Numbered from the stretch's first letter, positions 1 through 10,075 are shown. The stretch is DNA of 64,000 bases from an uncultured Planctomycetia bacterium (GCA_964483625.1 CAZABB010000005.1:15571-79570); one strand, 5' to 3'. Notes: a model not told the origin generated them from the letters alone. A program made the numbers and translations.

Positions 1-372
1 TTTTTACGCCAATTGAAGGCGGTTCCGTTGCGAAGAGGACGTGCTGACCTGACGGCAATGAAGACGGCCCTGGCGCTCCTTAAGAATTCCCGCCCGGTGT
101 TGATTTTCCCTCAAGGCGGGCGCGGCGGAAAAAAAGCCAGACCGGGGGTCGGATTCCTGTATAAAAAAACCGATGTACCGCTGATTCTGGCGAAGGTGAC
201 CGGTACCGATACAATCCTTCCCAAAGGAAGGAAATGGCCTTCTCCCGGGAAGATTACGGTAACATTCACCCGGGCGGCAAAAATTGATCGGGCCGGAAGT
301 CCTCAGGAGATCGCCGACCGCATTTTTGGGCAAATAAAAAACAGTTTATTATTGACAAAAAAAATAAATTAG
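1..372 (+). CDS. plsC: 1-acyl-sn-glycerol-3-phosphate acyltransferase (5' truncated)
   Basis: Frame open from base 1; LIFPQGGR and PGVG acyltransferase motifs; directly upstream of rpsA. Confidence 0.8.
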   Translation, partial: FLRQLKAVPLRRGRADLTAMKTALALLKNSRPVLIFPQGGRGGKKARPGVGFLYKKTDVPLILAKVTGTDTILPKGRKWPSPGKITVTFTRAAKIDRAGSPQEIADRIFGQIKNSLLLTKKIN

Positions 373-380
373 GAGATAAT
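352..380 (+). promoter_or_regulatory. sigma70-type promoter for rpsA
   Basis: TTGACA (352-357), 17 nt, GATAAT (375-380). Confidence 0.5.
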
Positions 381-393
381 TGGGGAAATTTCG

Positions 394-2001
394 ATGCAAC
401 TACCCGATAGTTTCATCGAAGAGGAGGACATATTTGTGACCGGTAAATCTGCAGAATTGGAAAACGCGTATTTTGATTCGATTAAAGAGCTCAAAGAAGG
501 AGAAATCGTTGAAGGTAAAATCGTGGCGATTACCCCGCGGGAAGTCATCGTTGATGTAGGATACAAATCCGAAGGGATTATTTTCCGTGATGAGTTCGTT
601 GCGGTGAAAAACCTCGCAGACCTTACGACGGTAGAGGTATTCGTCGAAAATGTTGAAGACGAGGAAGGAAAGGTTATCCTCTCTTACCGTAAGGCTCAGG
701 AAGTCAAAGGGTGGCATCAGCTCGTTGATGAGTTCAAGGAGGGGGATCTTGTCGAAGGGACCGTGAGCCGTAAGGTAAAAGGCGGGTATATGGTGAATGT
801 TTTCGGCGTCGAGGGATTCCTGCCGCAGAGCCTATCCACGTTCAAAAATATCGAGGGTGAAGTTATAGGAAAGACATTCTATTTCCAGATACTGAAATTG
901 AGTAAAACCAAGAGTAATTTCATCGTTTCCCGTAAGGATGCGATTCGGGCCGAACGAGAGAAAGCCCGCCGGACGCTCTGGGAAAGTCTTCAGATCGGTG
1001 AAGTGCGAAAAGGTAAAGTAAAAAGCGTAACGAATTTCGGCGCGTTTGTCGATCTGGGAGGCGTGGACGGGCTTTTGCACATTGCCGATATGAGCTGGAA
1101 GAAGGTATCTCATCCTTCGGAAGTTGTTGCCGTGGGCGATGAAATTCAGGTGATGATTTTGAGTTTCGACCGGGATAAAGGCAAGATCTCGTTGGGGCTT
1201 AAACAGATGATGCCCGATCCCTGGCTGGATATCGATAAGAAGTACGAGCTGGGTTCGGTTATTAAAGGGAAGATCGTGAATATCCAGAATTACGGTGTAT
1301 TTCTGGAATTGGAAAAAGGGATCGAAGGGCTGATTCATATCAGCGAGATTTCCTGGTCGAAAAAATTCTTGAATCTGAACGAAATGTTCGCCATCGGTGA
1401 CGTGATTGAAGCCAAGATCATCGGTATCGACGTGGAGAGCCGCAAAATATCCTTGAGTATCAAGCAAATAGAAAAAGACCCCTGGGATGAGATAGAGAGC
1501 ATGGTAACTATCGATGCGGTTATTCAGGCGAAAGTAGTGGGCTTCGGCGAAGGCTGCGCCTATGTGGAGTTGGATAACGGTCTGGAGGGGATTATATATA
1601 ATGAAGATATCTCCTGGACCAAACGGGTGCTGCGGGCTCAGGAGATGCTCAAACGCTCTCACACCTACGATGTGAAAGTATTGGGGCTTGATCGGACCAA
1701 CCGCCGGGTGATTGTGGGTATCAAACAGCTTGTTGCCGATCCCTGGAACGAAATCCTCCAGAAGTACCCGCTGGGTACGGTTATTGACGGCGAGGTCGTG
1801 AAGGTGACCAATTTCGGAGTATTCGTCAAGATAGAAGAAGATCTTGAGGGGTTGATTTTTGCCGGTGAAATGGAAAAAGACGTTATGGATGCTCTCAAAC
1901 CCAAAGACACCATAAAGGCAAAAATTATCAAGATCGATCCTGCCTCTGCGAAAATCGGCCTTTCCACGAAAATCGATGAACAAGATCAGGCAGAATCTTG
2001 A
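394..2001 (+). CDS. rpsA: 30S ribosomal protein S1
   Basis: Six S1 repeats (FGAFVDLGGVDGLLHI, YGVFLELEKGIEGLIHISEISW). Confidence 0.97.
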   Translation: MQLPDSFIEEEDIFVTGKSAELENAYFDSIKELKEGEIVEGKIVAITPREVIVDVGYKSEGIIFRDEFVAVKNLADLTTVEVFVENVEDEEGKVILSYRKAQEVKGWHQLVDEFKEGDLVEGTVSRKVKGGYMVNVFGVEGFLPQSLSTFKNIEGEVIGKTFYFQILKLSKTKSNFIVSRKDAIRAEREKARRTLWESLQIGEVRKGKVKSVTNFGAFVDLGGVDGLLHIADMSWKKVSHPSEVVAVGDEIQVMILSFDRDKGKISLGLKQMMPDPWLDIDKKYELGSVIKGKIVNIQNYGVFLELEKGIEGLIHISEISWSKKFLNLNEMFAIGDVIEAKIIGIDVESRKISLSIKQIEKDPWDEIESMVTIDAVIQAKVVGFGEGCAYVELDNGLEGIIYNEDISWTKRVLRAQEMLKRSHTYDVKVLGLDRTNRRVIVGIKQLVADPWNEILQKYPLGTVIDGEVVKVTNFGVFVKIEEDLEGLIFAGEMEKDVMDALKPKDTIKAKIIKIDPASAKIGLSTKIDEQDQAES

Positions 2002-3148
2002 ATGCATAAAAGCGCATAGTATCGATTGCATCTCGGAAGAAGAACTCATTGCCAAACTTCGCCAGGACCGTCCGCTTACCTTGAAGGTCGGTTTTGATCC
2101 TACCGCGAAAGATATTCATCTGGGACATACGGTACTGTTACGCAAGCTCCGGGCCCTGCAGGATTTGGGGCATATTGTGCACTTCATCGTCGGTGATTTT
2201 ACCGCGCGCATCGGCGACCCTTCCGGCCGCAGTGAATTGCGTCCCACCCTGACCGACAGGCAGATCCGTGAAAACGCGAAGACCTATACCGGCCAGTGCT
2301 TTAAGATCCTCGATAGAAAAAGAACGAAAGTTATCTTTAACAGCACCTGGTACCGCGCGTTTCGGTTAAGCGATTTTTTCCCTCTCCTTTCGGAGTATAC
2401 CGTCGCCCGTATGACCGAACGGGATGATTTTTCCCAGCGGCTCAAAGAAGGCAAACCTCTTTCGCTGCTGGAGTTGATCTATCCGCTTATCCAGGGGTAT
2501 GATTCGGTGAAACTGAAAGCCGATATCGAGTTCGGAGGCAGTGATCAGAAATTCAATCTTATCGTCGGCCGGCATCTACAGGAATCATACGGACTACCGC
2601 CTCAGGTTGTGGTGACGATGCCGCTTTTGGTGGGGACCGACGGAAAAAATAAGATGTCGAAATCTCTGGGTAATTATATCGGGATTACCGAAGAACCGGA
2701 TGAGATGTTCGGAAAAATAATGAGTATTTCCGATGAGTTGATGTACGACTACATACGTCTTCTGACCGATCTTGCTTCGGCTCAGGCCAAAGCCATGCAT
2801 CCCAAGGAAGCTAAATTGCTCCTGGCGCATCATCTTGTCGGTACGTATCATACCGAAAAGGCGGCGGCGGCGGCGAAGAATAGATTTGAGAAGGTGTTCT
2901 CTCAGAAAGAATTGCCTCAGGATGTACCCGTGTATAACGCTCCGGCGGAGACCGTTGATCTTGTCGAGGTCATTGTTTCCTGCGGTCTTGCCGCCAGTAA
3001 ACGCGAGGTCAGGCGGCTCCTGGCTCAGGGCAGTGTGACGGTCATCGGGGCCGGGGCGGTTGTCGATCCGGTTTTATCGGTTCCCTCTGAAGGGGTCGTA
3101 TTAAAAATCGGGAAACGCCGCTTCCTGCGTATTGTGCCGAAACGCTAA
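1976..3148 (+). CDS. tyrS: Tyrosine--tRNA ligase
   Basis: GFDPTAKDIHLGH (HIGH), GGSDQKFN, KMSKS, C-terminal S4-like domain. Confidence 0.97.
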   Translation: MNKIRQNLECIKAHSIDCISEEELIAKLRQDRPLTLKVGFDPTAKDIHLGHTVLLRKLRALQDLGHIVHFIVGDFTARIGDPSGRSELRPTLTDRQIRENAKTYTGQCFKILDRKRTKVIFNSTWYRAFRLSDFFPLLSEYTVARMTERDDFSQRLKEGKPLSLLELIYPLIQGYDSVKLKADIEFGGSDQKFNLIVGRHLQESYGLPPQVVVTMPLLVGTDGKNKMSKSLGNYIGITEEPDEMFGKIMSISDELMYDYIRLLTDLASAQAKAMHPKEAKLLLAHHLVGTYHTEKAAAAAKNRFEKVFSQKELPQDVPVYNAPAETVDLVEVIVSCGLAASKREVRRLLAQGSVTVIGAGAVVDPVLSVPSEGVVLKIGKRRFLRIVPKR

Positions 3149-3193
3149 TATTTTCCTCGCTTTTCCCGCGCTAAAAACTCAAAAAATGAAAAA

Positions 3194-3221
3194 TTGACAC
3201 AAGAGAGAAATTCCCTATAAT
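3194..3221 (+). promoter_or_regulatory. sigma70 promoter of sugar ABC operon
   Basis: TTGACA (3194-3199), 16 nt, TATAAT (3216-3221). Confidence 0.65.
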
Positions 3222-3311
3222 AAAATGTATATCTTTTAAGACGAAAAAGAACGTTTTGTCCTCTTAGAGTATAAATAAAAATCCGGATCTTTTTCATGGA
3301 GAGGGGAGGGT

Positions 3312-4655
3312 GTGATTTTGAGAAAAAGAAAGGTAATACTTCTTTTCGTCTTAGGAGTGGTTCTCGTCGCTTCAGGCTGTACGCAAGGACCGCAGGGGCC
3401 TCAAGGTCTTGTCATCTGGCACTGGATGACCGACCGTCAGGATGCGTTGGAAAGCCTCGCGGACCAATATCGACAACAGACGGGAATCCCTATCGAATTC
3501 AAGTTGTTTTTTCCCGCGGATATCTACTCCCAAAAAGTTATCGCCGCCGCACGTGCGGGAAATCTTCCCGATATCTTCGGGATTCTGGGTGAGAAGAAAG
3601 TTCTGGCTTCGTTTATCAAAGCAGGCCATATTCTGGATATTACCGCGTCGATGACGAAAGATGATTCGGCGTGGAAGAATACGTTCTACCCTCAGACCCT
3701 GGCGGTGACGACGTTTACCTCCGGGAATTCCTACGGAGTTCCGGCCGGCATTTTCGGAGTGCCCATCGATACGACTGTGATGCAGTTTGTATATAATAAA
3801 TCTCTTTTTGCCCGGTCCGGGATTGATGAGAATTCGCCGCCGGAGACATTTGATGAGTTTATATCTCTGGCTCAGAAGGTTAAAGCCGCCACGGGGGTTG
3901 ACGGCTTTGTCTGCGGTTGGGGCGAAGGGTGGCTTTTAAACGCGTTAGCTACCGAATGGGCGATCAACCTTATGGGTGAGGATAAATTCCTTGCCACGAT
4001 CAAGGGAGATGTCCCTTATACCGACGAGGCCTGGGTGGAGGTGTTCGGTCTTTTTGTGAAGTTGAAAGAATCGGGAGTGCTTGCCGCCAATATCGAAAAA
4101 ATGACGAATAAAGAAGCCGAAGATGCTTTCGCCAAGGGAAAGGCGGTATTCTCCTTTAACGGGAGCTGGGCGGTTAATGTCTATAAGCAGTTAAATCCCC
4201 AGCTGGACTATGCCTTTTTCTCGTTACCGGAAGTTTCCGACCGGTATCCGGTAAAGATATGGGGCGGGGCGGGGTCGTCGTTTATGGTTCACGCCCGGTC
4301 AAAAGGGAAAGAAAAGGCGTTGGGGTTTCTGGAGTGGATTACGCAAACGCCTCAGCAGACATTTCTGGTGAACGAAACGAATAATCTTCCCGCGGTGAAG
4401 ATGAACCCGGAAAAATTCCCCTCGATCCTAAAAACGCTGGGGAATGATTTAAAGATGAGCGTGGAGGCGTTTCCCGCCGGGGATCCCGAGCAGGCCGATA
4501 AACTTACGCATCCCAATGTATGGCCGGGGAATGAGGATGCCCGGGTTATCGAGGTCATGAACCGCGGTCTGCAGCAGATTATCATGGGACGGAAAGAGCC
4601 TCAAGAAGTCGCGGGAGAAATACAGTCAGTCAAGGAGAGAGTTGCGCGCCGATGA
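3312..4655 (+). CDS. Carbohydrate ABC transporter substrate-binding lipoprotein
   Basis: Lipobox ASGC; AGNLPDIF, YNKSLF, GSWA motifs of CUT1 binding proteins. Confidence 0.9.
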   Translation: MILRKRKVILLFVLGVVLVASGCTQGPQGPQGLVIWHWMTDRQDALESLADQYRQQTGIPIEFKLFFPADIYSQKVIAAARAGNLPDIFGILGEKKVLASFIKAGHILDITASMTKDDSAWKNTFYPQTLAVTTFTSGNSYGVPAGIFGVPIDTTVMQFVYNKSLFARSGIDENSPPETFDEFISLAQKVKAATGVDGFVCGWGEGWLLNALATEWAINLMGEDKFLATIKGDVPYTDEAWVEVFGLFVKLKESGVLAANIEKMTNKEAEDAFAKGKAVFSFNGSWAVNVYKQLNPQLDYAFFSLPEVSDRYPVKIWGGAGSSFMVHARSKGKEKALGFLEWITQTPQQTFLVNETNNLPAVKMNPEKFPSILKTLGNDLKMSVEAFPAGDPEQADKLTHPNVWPGNEDARVIEVMNRGLQQIIMGRKEPQEVAGEIQSVKERVARR

Positions 4656-5551
4656 ACGCATCCCTACGTGACAAATTTACCAGTTCGGCGTTTATCTGGC
4701 CGGCCCTTTTGATTTTCTCTATATTTTATATATATCCCTTCCTCTATACGTTTATCTTAAGCTTCCAGGAATACGATTTCATTTCCGCGCCCCAATTTGT
4801 GGGTTTCGCCAATTTCCAGGAGGTGTTGTTTGGAGATAGAGAATGGTGGCCTTCGATGTACAACGGGGCGTTTATCACCTTCTGGGCGCTCAGTTTCCAG
4901 AATATTCTTGCTTTTGCGCTGGCTCTGGCGGTTGATAAAGTGCTCCGCCTGAAGAAATTCTACCGGGTTGTTTTCTTCATCCTCCCGGTCCTCTCGGAGA
5001 TCATCATCGGCCTTCTGATGAAACAGCTTCTGATTTCAGAGCCCGTGGGACGGGATGTGTTCAATCAGCTCTTGGGTAAAGTGGGATTGGGGTTTCTGGG
5101 GCAGGACTGGCTGGGGACTGATCGCGTTCGTCTGGTTACGTCTCTGGTGCACTGCTGGAAGGGGTTCGGCTGGGCGTTTGTGATTTTGCTGGCGGGCCTG
5201 CAGAGTATTCCCGAACAACTTTATGAAGCCGCCCGCATTGACGGAGCCAATGCCTGGCATAGTTTTACCAAGATTACCATTCCCCTGGTCATGCCGGTGA
5301 TTACCCTGGTTATTGTCCTTACCATTCTGGGTACGATGCAGGCATTTGCCATGATTCTGGCGTTGACCGGCGGGGCCGGCGGATTGACCGAAGTGCCGGT
5401 GATGCGTATCTATAATCACCTGAGGTTTTCCCTGGTGGGGCTGGCCTGTGCTGAGGGGGTTGTGTTGGGGGTTGTTCTGATTATGGTTTCGTTTGCTATG
5501 TTTTTTATATCTAAAAAAATAAGGGAAAAATACGGTGTATTACCGAGCTAA
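4652..5551 (+). CDS. Carbohydrate ABC transporter permease (MalF-like)
   Basis: Hydrophobic segments; LAGLQSIPEQLYEAARIDGA EAA loop. Confidence 0.93.
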   Translation: MNASLRDKFTSSAFIWPALLIFSIFYIYPFLYTFILSFQEYDFISAPQFVGFANFQEVLFGDREWWPSMYNGAFITFWALSFQNILAFALALAVDKVLRLKKFYRVVFFILPVLSEIIIGLLMKQLLISEPVGRDVFNQLLGKVGLGFLGQDWLGTDRVRLVTSLVHCWKGFGWAFVILLAGLQSIPEQLYEAARIDGANAWHSFTKITIPLVMPVITLVIVLTILGTMQAFAMILALTGGAGGLTEVPVMRIYNHLRFSLVGLACAEGVVLGVVLIMVSFAMFFISKKIREKYGVLPS

Positions 5552-6371
5552 AAAAATAGTTATTCTGATCCTTCTGCATACATTCCTGATGAGCGTGGCG
5601 CTCAGCTGTATCCTGCCCTTTTTATGGATGGTCAATGTTTCCTTCAAAACGCAAAGCGAGTTCGATGCCGATTACGGTCTGGTCATGGAAAAAGTATTAA
5701 ACTGGGAAAATTACCGTATCGTGTTTTTCGAGGAAGGATTCTGGGTTTATTTTCTCAACAGCGTTTTCTATACGTTTATTACCGTAATCCTTATCGTCCT
5801 GGTTTCATCCCTGGCCGCCTACGCTTTTTCCCGTCTTGATTTCTGGGGGAAGAACATCCTGTTCTACATGTTTCTGGGGGCGATGATGATCCCTCTGCCG
5901 GCGGGTTTTGTTCCCGTGTATGTACTCCTCAATAAATTTCACCTGGTAAACCGTACCGGATACGTGCTGGCAATGAGTAACATGGGATTGTCTTTGAGCA
6001 TGTACCTGTTAAAGACTTTTTTCGATCAGCTGCCGCGTGATTTGGAAGATGCTGCCCGTATTGACGGGTGCAACAAGCTTCAGACGTGGTGGAACGTGGG
6101 GCTTCCTTTGGTTGCCCCGGCGTTGGCGGTGGTTGTGATTTTCAATGCTCTCAATGTCTGGAATGAATTTGTTCTGGCATCATTGCTGTTTACCGACTAC
6201 AGTTTTATGCCGCTTCAGGTGGGGCTTATGGAGTTTTCCAATAAAATGGTAACCCAGCATACACTGATCATGGCGGCCCTTACGGTCGCGGCGATGCCGA
6301 TCATTCTTCTTTACATAAAAATGCAGAAACATTTTGTCAAAGGACTTACCGCCGGTGCGGTCGTAGGATGA
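5535..6371 (+). CDS. Carbohydrate ABC transporter permease (MalG-like)
   Basis: LPRDLEDAARIDG loop; C-terminal QKHFVKGLTAGAV. Confidence 0.93.
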   Translation: MYYRAKKIVILILLHTFLMSVALSCILPFLWMVNVSFKTQSEFDADYGLVMEKVLNWENYRIVFFEEGFWVYFLNSVFYTFITVILIVLVSSLAAYAFSRLDFWGKNILFYMFLGAMMIPLPAGFVPVYVLLNKFHLVNRTGYVLAMSNMGLSLSMYLLKTFFDQLPRDLEDAARIDGCNKLQTWWNVGLPLVAPALAVVVIFNALNVWNEFVLASLLFTDYSFMPLQVGLMEFSNKMVTQHTLIMAALTVAAMPIILLYIKMQKHFVKGLTAGAVVG

Positions 6372-8809
6372 CCATGAAGTCACAAAGTCACAAGGTCACA
6401 AGGTCACACGTATTTATGATGAAATGCATTATCGGAGCGCTGGTGCTCTGGTGCGCAGGCGGTTCTGTTGTATGGGGGCAAGATGTGATTGAGGCTTCTG
6501 AAGTGAGAGAGAGTGAGCCGGCACCTGAGCAGAAGCAGGCGGAGCCGGAATCGGAAAAAACCTTAACCTCCGGCGACTATGTAAAACAGGCCTGGGCGGC
6601 TCAAGGTGCGGGGCAATGGGAGAAGGTATATGCGTTGGCTGATACGTGTATCGATATGTTTTCCGATGAAGCTGACCGGCTGGCTGCCGGCTTAACGGCA
6701 TTTCCCCCCAAAGGAGAAGAGGATACCTATGCGGTGATGAATGACGTCGCGGTATGTTATTTCATCAAGGGGGAGACCCTGCGTAATGAAGGGATGATCC
6801 TGAAGAATGAAGCCGATTCTTCTTTGACTGAAGGTAAGTTTGATGCCGCGGTTTCTGTCCTCAAAGAGGTAAGAGAACGGTATCCCTATGCTCAAGCGTT
6901 CGATCCCCGCGGCTGGTACTGGTCGGTAGAGGACAAAGCCGAAAAGGTTATCAATCAGATCACCGAAGGAGGCGGGTGTCCGGTCGAGGAAAATGTCATC
7001 GAAGAAGACGTGTTGATCACGCTTTACGATGAAGGCAGCGAGTTCCCTGTCGACTATACTGCCTACGGTGAGTTTACCGGCCGTGGCACCCGGGATTATG
7101 CCTATGAGATTGCCGATCCGATTGGTCTGGGTAAAGCCGTCGGAGAAGGTATTTACCCCAACAGTACGTCGCTTAAGTTCGATAGTGAGTTTACCAGGAT
7201 TAAGAAAGAGCTTTACCAGATAGATCACTGGGAAATTTTAAACAGCCGGGATATGCGTATGGCTTTTTACAAGTGGAATCTCGCTCCTGAACCGCAGGGC
7301 GTGAAATTATTTTATATCGCGACGATTTTAGAACGCAGCGGTTTAATCCGCCATGCCATTAAAGCCTACTATGCGGTGATGGTTCATTTTCCCAAGACCT
7401 ACGGCTGGACGTATTGGCACACGCCCTGGTATCCCGGTAAAGTCGCTCTGTACCGGATCAGAAGCCTTCTGCGTGAGCATCCGGAGTTGAACGTACGCTT
7501 GAAGGGGGCTTCGTTTGAAGTCGTCAACGGCTATGACAACAATATCCGTAACGATAAATTTATTGTGGATCCGGGCAGGTTAAGAAAGCTATCGTTCTGG
7601 GAAAAAATACGGTCTCAGCGGGAAAAGCCACGGTCTCTCTCCCATATCGTCCGGGAGAAAGGGAACGGAGCGGTGAAGCTGGTGCAGTATGAAACCGGCG
7701 ACTGGCAGCTTTTTGTCGAAGGAAAACCGTTCATGATCAAAGGTATTACCTATGACCCTACCCGGGTGGGAGAATCTCCCGATAACGGGACACTGGAGAA
7801 CTGGACCACGCAGGATGTCAATGGTAACGATATCATTGATGCGCCGTATGAATCGTGGGTCGATGCCAACGGGAACAATGCCCGTGATAAGAATGAACCG
7901 ATCGTGGGAGACTTTCAGCTCATGAAGGAAATGGGGGTCAATTGTATCCGCCTGTACCACCATCCCCGCCTTCCGGATAAAGAACTTCTGCGGCGCATGC
8001 ATGCTGATTACGGCATATATGTAACCTTGGGTGATTTCCTGGGGAAATATACTATCGGCAGCCAGGCGCCGTGGGCTCAAGGGACCGACTACGATAATCC
8101 CGAACATAAGAAAAATATGCTCGAAAGTGTAAAGAATATGGTGAATGAATTCAAGGAGGAGCCGTATATCCTGATGTGGCTTCTGGGTAATGAAAACGTC
8201 TATGGGTTGGGATGTAACGCCGATAAGAACCCGGAAAGTTTTTTTAAATTTGTCAATGAAGTGGCGTTGGTGATTAAATCTCTGGATCCTTATCAGCGCC
8301 CGGTTGCCGTTGCGTCCGGCGATATCCTGTTTCTGGATGTGTTCGCGAAATTCTGTCCCGATGTGGATATCTTCGGTGCCAATATTTATCGGGGGGAACG
8401 CGGGTTTCTGGATTTCTGGGATGAAGTTCGTCGTCAGCCGCAGATCGCCGCGATGATTACCGAATACGGGGCTCCCTCCTATGCCGAAGGGTATACTCAG
8501 GAGGAAGGTCAAGCGTATCAGGCTGATTATTTAGCTCATTGCTGGCAGGATATCCATTATAATTCGGCCGGATATGGGGCGGGGAACGCTCTCGGCGGTT
8601 TTGTGTTCGAGTGGCTTGATGAATGGTGGAAAGCCTATGAGCCGTTCTGTCACGACACCGCGCAATTGTCTGCGGGGCCTTTTTTGAGCGGATATTACCG
8701 TGAGGAATGGTTCGGGATCTGCGGCCAGGGGGATGGGGAGCATTCACCGTTTTTGCGCCGGCTCAAAAAAGCCTATTTCCGCTATAAAAAGCTCTGGAAT
8801 ACCCAATAA
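6368..8809 (+). CDS. Secreted clan GH-A (GH2-like TIM barrel) glycoside hydrolase with N-terminal TPR-like helical region
   Basis: Signal-like N-terminus; MGVNCIRLY, WLLGNE (acid/base), ITEYG (nucleophile), FEWLDEWWK. Confidence 0.75.
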   Translation: MTMKSQSHKVTRSHVFMMKCIIGALVLWCAGGSVVWGQDVIEASEVRESEPAPEQKQAEPESEKTLTSGDYVKQAWAAQGAGQWEKVYALADTCIDMFSDEADRLAAGLTAFPPKGEEDTYAVMNDVAVCYFIKGETLRNEGMILKNEADSSLTEGKFDAAVSVLKEVRERYPYAQAFDPRGWYWSVEDKAEKVINQITEGGGCPVEENVIEEDVLITLYDEGSEFPVDYTAYGEFTGRGTRDYAYEIADPIGLGKAVGEGIYPNSTSLKFDSEFTRIKKELYQIDHWEILNSRDMRMAFYKWNLAPEPQGVKLFYIATILERSGLIRHAIKAYYAVMVHFPKTYGWTYWHTPWYPGKVALYRIRSLLREHPELNVRLKGASFEVVNGYDNNIRNDKFIVDPGRLRKLSFWEKIRSQREKPRSLSHIVREKGNGAVKLVQYETGDWQLFVEGKPFMIKGITYDPTRVGESPDNGTLENWTTQDVNGNDIIDAPYESWVDANGNNARDKNEPIVGDFQLMKEMGVNCIRLYHHPRLPDKELLRRMHADYGIYVTLGDFLGKYTIGSQAPWAQGTDYDNPEHKKNMLESVKNMVNEFKEEPYILMWLLGNENVYGLGCNADKNPESFFKFVNEVALVIKSLDPYQRPVAVASGDILFLDVFAKFCPDVDIFGANIYRGERGFLDFWDEVRRQPQIAAMITEYGAPSYAEGYTQEEGQAYQADYLAHCWQDIHYNSAGYGAGNALGGFVFEWLDEWWKAYEPFCHDTAQLSAGPFLSGYYREEWFGICGQGDGEHSPFLRRLKKAYFRYKKLWNTQ
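6379..6410 (+). repeat. 4 x 8-mer tandem repeat GTCACAAG inside the 5' end of the ORF
   Basis: gtcacaaa gtcacaag gtcacaag gtcacacg. Confidence 0.85.
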
Positions 8810-8830
8810 AACAAAAGTTTGCCTCATACC

Positions 8831-8859
8831 TTGAAAACGTTTTCATGATAATATATAAT
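8831..8859 (+). promoter_or_regulatory. Promoter with overlapping LacI/CcpA-type operator
   Basis: TTGAAA, 17 nt, TATAAT; perfect palindrome TGAAAACGTTTTCA at 8832-8845. Confidence 0.7.
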
Positions 8860-8914
8860 AGAGGTTACTATAATCCGTTGAATATACGATAAAATTTCAG
8901 AAAGGAGGAGGTTC

Positions 8915-10075
8915 ATGAAAAAGGTAGTGTTAAGTATACTATTATGCATGGCCGTAGGTATAACATGTTGGGCGCAGGATAAAGTATTTTACATCTACGC
9001 GGACAAAAATGCTCCCGATAATCATTTCATTCCCAGCGGCTGGATGGGGGACTACGGTGATTTAGGGTTTAATGACCAGGCTACAGATGAGGTCGCTTCC
9101 GGTTCGACCGCGCTGAAAATAAGTTATTCCGGGAAAAAATCTCAGGGTCACGGCTGGACGGGAATTTACTGGCAGTCGGCGGCAAATAACTGGGGTTCCC
9201 GTCAGACCGGATACGATTTAACCGGTTTTAATAAACTGGTGTTTAAGGCCAAAGGGGCCGAAGGAGGAGAGGTAATCACTAAGGTAAAGGTCGGCGGAAT
9301 CACCACCAACGCCATCGGAGAAATGCTTCCCTTCGCCGACAGCCTCGATAAATCATACGGGCCGATTAAGCTCACCAATGAATGGGAGGAATACACGGTG
9401 AACTTGACCGGTGAGGACCTTTCTTATGTCAATGGAGGATTCTGTCTGATTTTTGAATCCGCTCAGGCCAAGAAAGATCAGGTTGTGTATTTAGACGATA
9501 TGTATTTCGCGTATGACGCCGATTTAAAGGAAGATGTGTTGCGTACCAATTTTCCATTCTACGTGTACGCCGATACTTCTTCTCTGGATAATCACTTTGT
9601 TCCTTCCGGGTGGATGCCGGCAACGGCCGCGCGTGACCTGAAAGTCAATATCGCTCACGGTGATAATGCGCTTTCGGGAGATACCTGTATCCGTATCGAA
9701 TACAAAAATAATTCCGGAACCCGCTGGGCAGGTATTTACTGGCAGAACCCGCCGAATAACTGGGGGACGATTCCCGGTGCCGGATTCGATCTGCGCGGGG
9801 CCACGAAACTTACGTTCTGGGCACGCGGCGAGAACGGCGGCGAGGTAATCAATGAGTTTAAAATGGGCGGAATCTCCAGTGGTGAATATATTGATTCCGA
9901 CAGCGCTTCAGCCGGGCCGATTCAGCTGACCAAGGAATGGCGGAAATACGAGATCGACCTGCGGGGAAAAGACCTTTCCTATATCATCGGCGGATTTGCC
10001 TGGGCAACGAATATCGATGTCAACGATCCGGAAGGTGTGGTCTTTTACCTGGACGAAATAAAATATGAAAAATAG
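8915..10075 (+). CDS. Secreted protein with two tandem CBM11/CIA30-like beta-sandwich domains
   Basis: SD AAGGAGG; signal peptide; internal duplication (NHFIPSGWM/NHFVPSGWM, GIYWQ...NNWG twice). Confidence 0.7.
   Translation: MKKVVLSILLCMAVGITCWAQDKVFYIYADKNAPDNHFIPSGWMGDYGDLGFNDQATDEVASGSTALKISYSGKKSQGHGWTGIYWQSAANNWGSRQTGYDLTGFNKLVFKAKGAEGGEVITKVKVGGITTNAIGEMLPFADSLDKSYGPIKLTNEWEEYTVNLTGEDLSYVNGGFCLIFESAQAKKDQVVYLDDMYFAYDADLKEDVLRTNFPFYVYADTSSLDNHFVPSGWMPATAARDLKVNIAHGDNALSGDTCIRIEYKNNSGTRWAGIYWQNPPNNWGTIPGAGFDLRGATKLTFWARGENGGEVINEFKMGGISSGEYIDSDSASAGPIQLTKEWRKYEIDLRGKDLSYIIGGFAWATNIDVNDPEGVVFYLDEIKYEK

Noticed and set aside
832-2055. 407-aa minus-strand ORF, and similar long antisense ORFs at 7589-8512, 20241-21350 and 48477-49244
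   Set aside because: They shadow well-supported plus-strand genes and show no recognisable motifs
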